A stretch of DNA of 64,000 bases from Anaerolineales bacterium UBA5797. Its GTDB lineage: Bacteria > Chloroflexota > Anaerolineae > Anaerolineales > Villigracilaceae. Under the pieces are notes generated by a model. The model had not been told where the DNA came from, made no database searches, and saw nothing but the letters and a program-made list of their open reading frames with translations. The translations under genes were made by a program, and so were the position numbers. This document shows, piece by piece, positions 55,801-63,872 of this stretch. Location: NCBI GenBank assembly GCA_002418205.1, contig DIDP01000008.1:129123-193122 (forward strand), written 5' to 3'. Within the stretch, counting starts at the first letter, position 1. Each line of letters starts with the position of its first letter.

Positions 55801-56907
55801 GAATTCGTCCACGATCACGACCTTGCCCGCCTGCACAAGATAATCCTTGTTGCGCTTGAACAGGAATTGGGCGCGCAGCGCCTGTTCGAGGTAGCCCCTC
55901 AAGCGTGCCTGCTGCGGAGTGACATCCTCCGGTCGTTCGGGATCCATCAGAGGCTGCCCCAGCATCTGTTCGACGCGCGCCAGCCCGATCTCCGTGATCG
56001 AGACGTTGCGGTCCTTTTCGTTGACCTCATAATCTTCAGGCTTGAGTTGCTTCATGATCTGCGCAAATTTGCCGTACCATTCCAGATCCCCTGATGAAGG
56101 ACCGGAGATGATCAACGGCGTGCGCGCTTCATCGATCAGCACGTTGTCCACTTCGTCGATGATCGCGAAATGATGACCGCGCTGCACCCGGTCGCTCAGG
56201 CGCATGGTCATGTTATCGCGCAGATAATCAAAGCCGAACTCGGAATTGGTCCCATAGGTCACATCGGCTTCGTAGGCGTAATGCCGGTCCACCAGGCGTA
56301 AATGGTGCTGGTCCTCGTGCGGCGACTCACGCTCCAGATCGACCAGAAAAGCCTTTTTCCCGTTTTCGGTTGCGGCCGCCATTTGCAAAACGCCCACGGT
56401 CAAACCGAGCATGTCAAAGATCGGCGACATCCAGCGCGCATCGCGCCTGGCAAGATAATCATTGACCGTAATGAGATGGATGCCTTTTCCGAGCAGTGCA
56501 TTGAGATAGATCGGCAGTGTCGCGACAAGCGTCTTGCCTTCGCCCGTCCGCATTTCGGCGATCGAGCCGCGATGCAGGATGATCCCTCCGATCAATTGGA
56601 CATCATAATGCCGCAGACCGATCGTCCGTTTGGATGTCTCGCGGACGGTGGCAAACGCTTCCGGCAGGATCTCTTCCAGCGCTTCCTGCTCAGCCTCGAA
56701 CTGCTCCCGTTCATCGAGCCCATCCAAATTCCCAAGCGACTCGGCAACGCGCGCCCGGAACTCCTCCGTTTTTGCGCGTAACGCATCATCACTCAAAGCC
56801 TCGAACTGCGCTTCAAGCGAATTGATCTGGTCCACAACACCACTCAATTGTTCGATGGCTTTTCTGTTGGGGTCTCCCCCGAAGATTTTGACAAAATTCT
56901 TTAACAT
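52897..56907 (-). CDS. secA: Preprotein translocase ATPase SecA (unusually long, 1336 aa)
   Basis: Canonical SecA blocks: [10 protein letters not shown] (Walker A), [69 protein letters not shown] and [28 protein letters not shown]. Several long inserts (see findings). Confidence 0.95.
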   Translation of the reverse strand: [1336 protein letters not shown]

Positions 56908-56972
56908 TTGGCGCCTTTCGGGGAGGGATTATAGCACGACGGCATAATTCCCAAATATTTGACTTTCATTAG

Positions 56973-57003
56973 AAACAAAAGGGACGGCGGAACATCCGCC
57001 GTC
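56973..57003 (-). terminator. Rho-independent terminator of the sigma/anti-sigma-like operon
   Basis: GGACGGCGG (56981..56989) / CCGCCGTCC (56995..57003). The minus-strand transcript continues CUUUUGUUUC. Confidence 0.75.
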
Positions 57004-57032
57004 CAGCCTTTTGACGTTTTTATTCGAGTGAT

Positions 57033-57722
57033 TTATTTTTTATCTTTGTCTTTATTGTTGTTTCCGTTGCTACCATTGTCACCGCCATTGTCGCCTCCGT
57101 CATTCGAGTCGTTCTTCGGCGCCTTGGTGGGTTGTTTTGTCTGTCCAAGATGCAAGCCCGGATTGTCGTCCGTGGGATTCGGCGTGGACGGGGCCTGAAC
57201 CGTCCCGGCACCACTGCCTGAAGCATCTATAACCTGCGATGGAGCCACCGGGGTATCGTACGGCGAAACTGTCACCGTGACGATCGGCGTTTCGGTAACG
57301 GGCGTATCGGTGATATTCACATCCCCGGTAACCGGGAGACTCAGATCATCAGAAGGGTTTGTGACGACCTCGGAATTGGGCGATAAAAACGAATTAAAGA
57401 AATCTGCGATTTTCTCCCTGTAGATGTAAGCGGCGACACCCGCCTCGGCAACGATTGCAACCACGAGAGCCACTTCCAGAATTGTTCCGATCGAAGAGCC
57501 AATGGCGGTGGATGATGCTGCTGTTCCCGCGCTCCCCTGACCCGCCCCCGCTGCAGATGAGCCTCCTCCGTTCCCGGCTGAATGCGTCAGGATGGCTGCA
57601 GACGCGACCTGTTTTGCAAACAGGTCACGACGCGTCTGCAGCAATTCTGAAGGATAATTATTTTCCGCCTGTTTCAGACTCTTCAATAGGTTGAGAACAT
57701 GCTCTTCATTCGGTTTTGACAT
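57033..57722 (-). CDS. Membrane-anchored low-complexity protein, putative anti-sigma partner
   Basis: 229-aa ORF starting 9 nt after the sigma gene's stop codon. Gly/Ser/Ala-rich tract, one TM helix (ILEVALVVAIVAEAGVAAYIY) and a Gly/Asn/Asp/Lys-rich tail. The role is inferred from position only. Confidence 0.5.
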   Translation of the reverse strand: MSKPNEEHVLNLLKSLKQAENNYPSELLQTRRDLFAKQVASAAILTHSAGNGGGSSAAGAGQGSAGTAASSTAIGSSIGTILEVALVVAIVAEAGVAAYIYREKIADFFNSFLSPNSEVVTNPSDDLSLPVTGDVNITDTPVTETPIVTVTVSPYDTPVAPSQVIDASGSGAGTVQAPSTPNPTDDNPGLHLGQTKQPTKAPKNDSNDGGDNGGDNGSNGNNNKDKDKK

Positions 57723-57731
57723 TATTTCTAC

Positions 57732-58289
57732 CTATTCATCGCCGAGTTGCAAACCAAGGGCGTTCCGTAACTTGGCGATACCGCGATTTTGGATGACCTT
57801 GACGTTATTTACCTCCTTGCCGATGATTTCCGCTGTCTCCTTGAGGCTGAAATCCTCCAGGAACCTGAGGATGATCACATGACGTTGATCTTCGGTCAAT
57901 TCCGTATTCATCGCTGAGATCAATCCTTCCATCAGCACCCGCTCCTCGATCTGGGTCTGTGTCGGAATGGACTGACCTCTCTCTTGTAAGTTGATGGCGA
58001 TCTCCAACGGCGCAGTGTGTTTATTCTCACGCGAACGATCCACAACGAGGTGGTAGGCTGTCTGATAGAGATAGGAGCGGAGGTTCGTGCGAGGTCCTCT
58101 ACCCGCGGCAAACTGCTCAAGCAGTTGTGAGAACACATCGCCAACAATGTTGTCAGCTTCGATGGCATCATGGCAGAGCCTCAATGCGTACTTGTAGATC
58201 GCGGGCGCAAACTCATCGAAGATGGCGGTAAGCGCCTCCTCATCGAGTTTTTGCGCGGCTTTGAGTAGAGCAACACCATCTTTTACCAT
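57732..58289 (-). CDS. ECF-type sigma-70 family RNA polymerase sigma factor
   Basis: 185-aa ORF. Region 2 (IYKYALRLCHDAIEADNIVGDVFSQL) and region 4 (VIILRFLEDFSLKETAEIIGKEVNNVKVIQNRGIAKL). Confidence 0.85.
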   Translation of the reverse strand: MVKDGVALLKAAQKLDEEALTAIFDEFAPAIYKYALRLCHDAIEADNIVGDVFSQLLEQFAAGRGPRTNLRSYLYQTAYHLVVDRSRENKHTAPLEIAINLQERGQSIPTQTQIEERVLMEGLISAMNTELTEDQRHVIILRFLEDFSLKETAEIIGKEVNNVKVIQNRGIAKLRNALGLQLGDE

Positions 58290-58562
58290 GGCTGGTGTCC
58301 TCGGTATCCGCGTTCCATATATAAGACGTTATCCCTGGCTAAAAGGTTACCATGCGACATTGTGAATGCGGGTTCTAACATAGTATTATAAACCTGTGTT
58401 GCTGTCCAGTGCACAAAATGGATGCCCTATTCATACGTATAGTCATGATATTGACACGAAAATCTTTTGTTTAAGGAAAAAGTAAGGATTTTCCTGTAAC
58501 ATATATCGGTTTCGGGAGTCAGTACTATCGAGATCAAAATAAATTGGTTTGAGGAGCAGAAT

Positions 58563-59207
58563 ATGTTTTCATCAATTGAAGGTCCCGACCGCCGCAAGGA
58601 GGAAGACCGTGTCCGCATGGAAGGACGTTTGCCTCCCGGCCAGGCGTTGACTTTTAAATTTCCCGTTCTGCATTATGGGCCGGTCCCGCCTTTCAATCCT
58701 GCCACCTGGGATTTCCGTGTCTGGGGTGAAGTGGAGGAGGAGAAGCGCTGGACATGGGACGAGTTCAATCAACTGCCGCGCACCAAAATCCAAATGGATA
58801 TCCATTGCGTGACGCGTTGGAGCAAGTTCGATACCACCTGGGAGGGTGTTTCGGTCAAGTCCATGCTGGAGAACGGACTATTCAAAATCAAGCCAGACGT
58901 CACACATGTGATGCAACACGCCGAATACGGCTTCACCGTCAACCTGCCTCTCGAAGTCGTGTTGCAGGATAACTTCCTGATGGCGACCCATTTCAATGGT
59001 GAGCCGATCACGCCGGATCATGGTTATCCGTTGCGCGGTGTCGTCGGATTCTTACCCGGGCGTGAAGACCTTGAAACGCCCTATTTCTGGAAAGGTGCAA
59101 AGTGGCTGCGCTCACTCGAATTCATGCCGCGTGACCGGCGTGGATTTTGGGAACAGGCTGGTTATCACAACCGCGCCGATGTGTGGCGCGAAGAACGGTT
59201 TGGTTAA
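58563..59207 (+). CDS. Sulfite oxidase-like molybdopterin-binding oxidoreductase domain protein
   Basis: 214-aa ORF. GRLPPGQ, DIHCVTRWSKFDTTWEGV and GYPLR fit the oxidoreductase molybdopterin-binding family. The true start could be the internal MEGRLPPGQ. Confidence 0.8.
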   Translation: MFSSIEGPDRRKEEDRVRMEGRLPPGQALTFKFPVLHYGPVPPFNPATWDFRVWGEVEEEKRWTWDEFNQLPRTKIQMDIHCVTRWSKFDTTWEGVSVKSMLENGLFKIKPDVTHVMQHAEYGFTVNLPLEVVLQDNFLMATHFNGEPITPDHGYPLRGVVGFLPGREDLETPYFWKGAKWLRSLEFMPRDRRGFWEQAGYHNRADVWREERFG

Positions 59208-59243
59208 AAAATCGGACGGCAAATCGCCGTCCGATTTTTTTTT
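59206..59243. terminator. Bidirectional terminator between convergent genes
   Basis: ATCGGACGGC (59211..59220) / GCCGTCCGAT (59226..59235), flanked by A5 upstream and T9 downstream. Confidence 0.85.
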
Positions 59244-59245
59244 GT

Positions 59246-60379
59246 TTACGGCCGTTCGCCGAGTGTGATCGTCACATCCACAGTTTGACCATCCCGCAGA
59301 ACGGTCAGCACCACCGTATCACCCGGGGATTTGTTGACGATGAGGTAACTCAATAACTGGTCGAAGGTTGAGATCGGTTTGCCGTCGAAGGCGACGATCA
59401 GGTCGCCGCCCGCGTTCAGACCCTGGAGTCGTGTGGGGGTTGTGCCTGCCCTTATGCCAGCCTTGTCTGCAGGACCTCCCGACGCAACATCGAGCACATA
59501 GGCGCCAGTATAGGTGTTCAATCCCAATGCTTCGATCTCGTTCAGGCTGAGGTCGCTCGAGGAAGTGATCCCCAGATAGGGATACTTGTATTCCCCGTCA
59601 CGGATCAACACCGGGACGACGCGCTTGACCAGGTTGATCGAGACAGAAAACCCGACACCCGAATTGACGGCATTGCCGGTCACCTGGTTGAAGCTTTCCG
59701 TGCGAATTGACTGGTTGATCCCGACCACTTCACCGTTCAAATTGAATAACGGACCACCTGAGTTGCCGGGGTTGATCGCCGCGTCGGTCTGGATGATATC
59801 GGCGGTGCTGAAGAAGCCTCCGCCGCCCGGCGCCTGGTGCGCGGGCTGTGTCCTCCCGAGTCCGGAGATGATGCCAAGTGTCATCGTGCCGCTCAAGCCA
59901 AAGGGATTGCCGATCGCAACGACCGGCTGACCGACATTGAGCAGATCGGAATTACCGATATTAAGCGGGTGGATCTGTTCGGTAGGCGCGTCCACTTTGA
60001 TCACTGCAACGTCGGCATCCGCGTCGGAGCCGATGACCGTGCCGTAGGCTTTATAGCCCGATGCGAAGGAGACCTCAACGGTGCCCGCACCTTCGATCAC
60101 ATGCTGGTTCGTGACAACATGACCTTCATTGTCGAACACAAAACCGGAGCCAAGACTGCCGTTATCCGTTCCTATTGCGACAACGCCCGGAAGCACATTT
60201 TGATAGAGCACCTCGAGCGAGCCATCCAGCGGGATGGTTGTCTCGGATTGCACTCGAAGGGTGGGAACGGCCTGGACCGCTGGTGAAGGCGTCGGTTGGG
60301 AAAGAGGCGTGAGTCCGGGGAGTTGGCACGCCAGGATCGCAAAGGTCAAGACCAGAATTGCCGAAATGATTCTTTTCAT
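59246..60379 (-). CDS. htrA: HtrA/DegP-family serine protease with PDZ domain (lipoprotein-type signal)
   Basis: 377-aa ORF. Triad context TNQHVI, DADVAVIKV and GNSGGPL. C-terminal PDZ (GAYVLDVASGGPADKAGI). Lipobox FAILAC. Confidence 0.9.
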   Translation of the reverse strand: MKRIISAILVLTFAILACQLPGLTPLSQPTPSPAVQAVPTLRVQSETTIPLDGSLEVLYQNVLPGVVAIGTDNGSLGSGFVFDNEGHVVTNQHVIEGAGTVEVSFASGYKAYGTVIGSDADADVAVIKVDAPTEQIHPLNIGNSDLLNVGQPVVAIGNPFGLSGTMTLGIISGLGRTQPAHQAPGGGGFFSTADIIQTDAAINPGNSGGPLFNLNGEVVGINQSIRTESFNQVTGNAVNSGVGFSVSINLVKRVVPVLIRDGEYKYPYLGITSSSDLSLNEIEALGLNTYTGAYVLDVASGGPADKAGIRAGTTPTRLQGLNAGGDLIVAFDGKPISTFDQLLSYLIVNKSPGDTVVLTVLRDGQTVDVTITLGERP

Positions 60380-60390
60380 TCGTACTGCTC

Positions 60391-61281
60391 CTAAAACTTT
60401 ATCTTTGAAACTTCCTCAAGGAGTTCGCGTTGTTTGGGCGACAGGTAACGCGGGATCTGTACTTTGAGTTTTACAAACAGGTCGCCCTTTTCCTTCGAGT
60501 TTTTGACGTGCGGCATGCCGCGTCCCGCAAGCCGGAAAACCTGCTCAGGCTGGGTGCCTGCCGGGACATTGAGCTTGACCCTGCCTTCCATCGTTTCCAC
60601 ATCGGCTTCACCGCCGAGGATGGCTGTGAACACATCCACGGTTGCCGTGGTGTGCAGGTCGTTGCCGCGGCGCTCGAAGCGCGGGTCGTCCTTAACGTCC
60701 ACGATCAGATACAGGTCGAGACCATTGGGCCCCGCGCCCGCCACGCGCACTTTCGAACCGGTACGAACACCGGCGGGAATACGCACTTGTTTCTGCTTGC
60801 CGTCCGTTTGCAATAAGCGGGTTGTGCCCTTGTAGGCTTCCTCGAGCGTAACCCCAAGTTCCTGTTGATAGCCCTGTGGCTGCGATCGCGCCGAAGCGCG
60901 TCCGCCTCCCATGCCGAAGATGGTCTGGAAGAAATCGGAGAAGCCGCCCCCACCGCCGAACAGATCGTTGAGGTCGTCGATGTTGACGCGCGTGCCGCCG
61001 GGGAAACCGCCGTATTGGTCCCAGTTGAAATTGCCGGGCGCGCCGCGTCGCTGCCAGCTCGAGTAGTCACTGCCAAGCCGGTCGTAATGCGAACGCTTTT
61101 TGGAATCGCTCAACACTTCATAGGCTTCGTTGATCTCCTTGAAGCGCTCCTCGGCGTCCTTGTTGTTCGGGTTGTAATCCGGGTGATATTGTTTTGCCAG
61201 TTTGCGATATGCCTTGCGGATCTCATCATCGCTGGCTTTACGGTCCACACCCAGGATCTTGTAATAATCCTTGTACTCCAT
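60391..61281 (-). CDS. cbpA: J-domain co-chaperone without zinc-finger region (CbpA-like)
   Basis: Start at [35 protein letters not shown] (HPD motif), then a G/F region and DnaJ C-terminal domains. No CxxCxGxG repeats. Confidence 0.85.
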   Translation of the reverse strand: MEYKDYYKILGVDRKASDDEIRKAYRKLAKQYHPDYNPNNKDAEERFKEINEAYEVLSDSKKRSHYDRLGSDYSSWQRRGAPGNFNWDQYGGFPGGTRVNIDDLNDLFGGGGGFSDFFQTIFGMGGGRASARSQPQGYQQELGVTLEEAYKGTTRLLQTDGKQKQVRIPAGVRTGSKVRVAGAGPNGLDLYLIVDVKDDPRFERRGNDLHTTATVDVFTAILGGEADVETMEGRVKLNVPAGTQPEQVFRLAGRGMPHVKNSKEKGDLFVKLKVQIPRYLSPKQRELLEEVSKIKF

Positions 61282-61288
61282 ATTATCA

Positions 61289-61317
61289 ATTGTCACACCG
61301 CGGGATAGGCGAGTCAA
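61289..61317 (-). promoter_or_regulatory. Near-consensus sigma-70 promoter placed for leaderless transcription of the cbpA-like gene
   Basis: The minus strand reads TTGACT (61317..61312), a 17-nt spacer, GACAAT (61294..61289), then 7 nt (TGATAAT) and ATG at 61281. No SD. Confidence 0.55.
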
Positions 61318-61401
61318 GCACACGCATGCAGGTCTAACACAACTCTAATTCATGGATGATGGGATGGAGCCGCTTCTTTCCCCGCCGACGGCTGATTCCG
61401 T

Positions 61402-63108
61402 TTAAACGATTTGTTTTACCAGATAAAGCTCCCCGCGCTCGAAGCCGCGGTCGAGATAGTAGCCGCGCGTGCCCACCGCCGAAATGACCGCCATCCGCTC
61501 GAAACCGTTCGCCCTGGCGAGGCGTTCCGCCTCCTCGAGCAGGCGCGTCCCCAGCCCGGCGTGCTGCGCCGCGCCCTCTTTTTCCATGCCCACCTGCAGC
61601 GACTGTCCATAGACGTGCACTTCACGGATCAATGCCGCGCCACCGAGATCGGAAATCCCTGTTTGCGGAGAATTTTCACCCGGCAGCGACAAGCGGATGA
61701 ATCCCGCCAGTTTATCGTCCGGCGTCACGTACGAGATGAAGTGTTCCTCCGCCGCGCCCGCCTGATAGACCAAATCATCCAGTTTCAAGGAGTCGATGCT
61801 CACGGGCTTGCCGCGCACCTCCCGACAGCGCACACACTGACATTTTGTGCCGCGCCGCTTCATCTCCTCATGCACATCCTGCCGCAGACTTGTACGGCGG
61901 TTCCCTTCGACGACGTTCGTTGACGGAATATCGCGGATGACGCGGTTGACGCGGCAATACCTCGGGATGGTCGGCTTGACGTCCGCGATCAGGTCGATGA
62001 GCTCCTCGGTGGTGTAGGGCGTGAACTCGCCCCGCTGCCAGTATTCATATAATTCGGCATTTGCTAGCAATTGATTGGGATAGATCTTGATCTCGTCCGG
62101 GCAGAAGCCGTTCCACAGGCGGGCGAAATCTTCGCGGTCCGATTCCGGTGTCGCGCCGAGCAGGTTGGGCATCCAGTGCAGGACGATCTTGAAGCCCGCC
62201 GCGCGCAATAACGCGACTGCCTTGCGCGTGCATTCCACATCATGCCCGCGCTTGTTGAGTTCAAGAATACGGTCATCGAGACTTTGCGCGCCCATCTGCA
62301 CCTTGGTCACACCGAGGTGGCGCAGCCAGCGGATCTCATCCGGCGTGATCTCATCGGGCCGCGTCTCGATGACCAGTCCCACATTGCGGTGGTGGGTGGT
62401 TTCGTTGATAGAGTGGTCTATCTCCAACTCGCCGCCTTCCACTTTCTGTTCGCCTGTGCTGCCCCCCTCGGTCCCCCCATTTTGCGGAGCAGAATAGGGG
62501 GATGAAGGGGGGGGATTCATCGCATCAAAGCAGCGCTTGACGAACCATTCCTGATAATCCCGCCGATACGAGGACCACGTCCCGCCGAGGATCAACAACT
62601 CGATCTTATCGGTGGGATGTCCCAAACTCTGCAATTGTTCGATGCGCGAGCGCACCTGCGCATACGGATCGAATTGATGCTCGACCGCGCGCATCGCACC
62701 GGGTTCGTCCGGCAGGTACGATTTGGGCATCCGCACGTCGGTGGGGCAGAAGATGCATTTGCCGGGACACGGATACGGCTTGGTCAGAACCGTGACTGTC
62801 GTCACGCCGGACAGCGTCCGCATGGGTTTCATCCGGATGCGCTCGAGCAGGCGCGCGTCCTCCTGCATCTCTCCCGCCGCGACCATTTCGTTATAGATCG
62901 TCACCAGCATGGACTTGTTCAAATATCCGCCGCCCTCCAGCGGGTGACTGCGCAGAGTCTTCGTCACGTCGCGCCCGCGCCGGATCTGTTCCAGCACATG
63001 TCGCGCAAGGTCTTTTTTATCGGGGGTCAGCAGGTGGGATTCGCGCCAGCGTTCTCTTCGTTCGGGATGCATCATTTCTGTTCCACTAAAACCATCATCT
63101 GAAAACAT
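61402..63108 (-). CDS. elp3: Elp3-type radical SAM / GNAT tRNA U34 modification enzyme
   Basis: 568-aa ORF. TVLTKPYPCPGKCIFCP radical SAM cluster, SYLPDEPGAMRA, DPY.QV..R..QL...GH..DKIELLILGGTW, and a C-terminal GNAT QHAGLGTRLLEEAERLA...AVISAVGTRGYY. The start may be internal (MMHPERRE, about 63075). Confidence 0.9.
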   Translation of the reverse strand: MFSDDGFSGTEMMHPERRERWRESHLLTPDKKDLARHVLEQIRRGRDVTKTLRSHPLEGGGYLNKSMLVTIYNEMVAAGEMQEDARLLERIRMKPMRTLSGVTTVTVLTKPYPCPGKCIFCPTDVRMPKSYLPDEPGAMRAVEHQFDPYAQVRSRIEQLQSLGHPTDKIELLILGGTWSSYRRDYQEWFVKRCFDAMNPPPSSPYSAPQNGGTEGGSTGEQKVEGGELEIDHSINETTHHRNVGLVIETRPDEITPDEIRWLRHLGVTKVQMGAQSLDDRILELNKRGHDVECTRKAVALLRAAGFKIVLHWMPNLLGATPESDREDFARLWNGFCPDEIKIYPNQLLANAELYEYWQRGEFTPYTTEELIDLIADVKPTIPRYCRVNRVIRDIPSTNVVEGNRRTSLRQDVHEEMKRRGTKCQCVRCREVRGKPVSIDSLKLDDLVYQAGAAEEHFISYVTPDDKLAGFIRLSLPGENSPQTGISDLGGAALIREVHVYGQSLQVGMEKEGAAQHAGLGTRLLEEAERLARANGFERMAVISAVGTRGYYLDRGFERGELYLVKQIV

Positions 63109-63137
63109 GACAGGATTATACCCATTATAATCGCCCC

Positions 63138-63872
63138 ATGGATTCGAGCACTGCCCGGCGCCTCATCGAACTCAACCGCGAGTTTTATACGCGCTTCGGC
63201 GATTCGTTCTCCGCCACGCGTCAGCGCATCCAGCCCGGCGTGCGGCGCGTCCTCAAGAAGTTGAACGGGGATGAAGACATCCTGGATCTGGGGTGCGGCA
63301 ACGGGGAACTGGCGCGCGAACTGGCGCAGCGCGGACACCGCGGCTCGTATCTGGGCGTGGACTTCAGCCTGCCTCTGCTCCAACATGCCGAATCCATCCC
63401 GGAAGGTTTTTCCGCCAGATTTGTGGAGGCGGATCTTACAAAGCTTTCAGATTTCAAGGATCAGCTTTCAGCGAATGGCAAGTGGTCTGTGGTTACTGCC
63501 TTTGCGGTGCTGCATCATGTTCCGTCTGTTGAATTGCGATTGGATATATTGCGAACTGTCCATGACTTATTGAAGGATGATGGTCTGTTCATCCACTCGA
63601 ACTGGCAATTCCTGAACAGCGAAAAACTCAAAGCGAGGATCCAGCCGTGGGAAACGGTATCAATTTCAGGTCTGGAGGTGGAGGCGGGCGATCATCTGCT
63701 CGATTGGCGGAGTGGGGGAAAAGGTCTGCGTTATGTTCATCACTTCAGCGAATCCGAATTGAATGAATTGGCAAGGGCTTCGGGGTTTCAAGTGATCGAA
63801 ACTTTTTATTCCGATGGCGCAGGCGGGGATTTGGGACTGTACCAGGTCTGGCAGGCTGAATCTAAACGCTGA
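63138..63872 (+). CDS. Class I SAM-dependent methyltransferase, Trm9/ALKBH8-MTase-like
   Basis: 244-aa ORF. Motif I ILDLGCGNGELA, post-II VTAFAVLHHVPS, LLKDDGLFI, and C-terminal W....G.GLRYVHHFSESEL, which resembles the Trm9-family RYYHVF.EGEL block (recalled). Confidence 0.8.
   Translation: MDSSTARRLIELNREFYTRFGDSFSATRQRIQPGVRRVLKKLNGDEDILDLGCGNGELARELAQRGHRGSYLGVDFSLPLLQHAESIPEGFSARFVEADLTKLSDFKDQLSANGKWSVVTAFAVLHHVPSVELRLDILRTVHDLLKDDGLFIHSNWQFLNSEKLKARIQPWETVSISGLEVEAGDHLLDWRSGGKGLRYVHHFSESELNELARASGFQVIETFYSDGAGGDLGLYQVWQAESKR

Noticed and set aside
52897-56907. Intein or gene fusion as an explanation for the 1336-aa SecA.
   Set aside because: There is no Cys/Ser-initiated block with a terminal HN plus a nucleophile, and no endonuclease motifs. 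The extra sequence is spread over at least five separate inserts between intact SecA motifs, which fits lineage-specific insertions.
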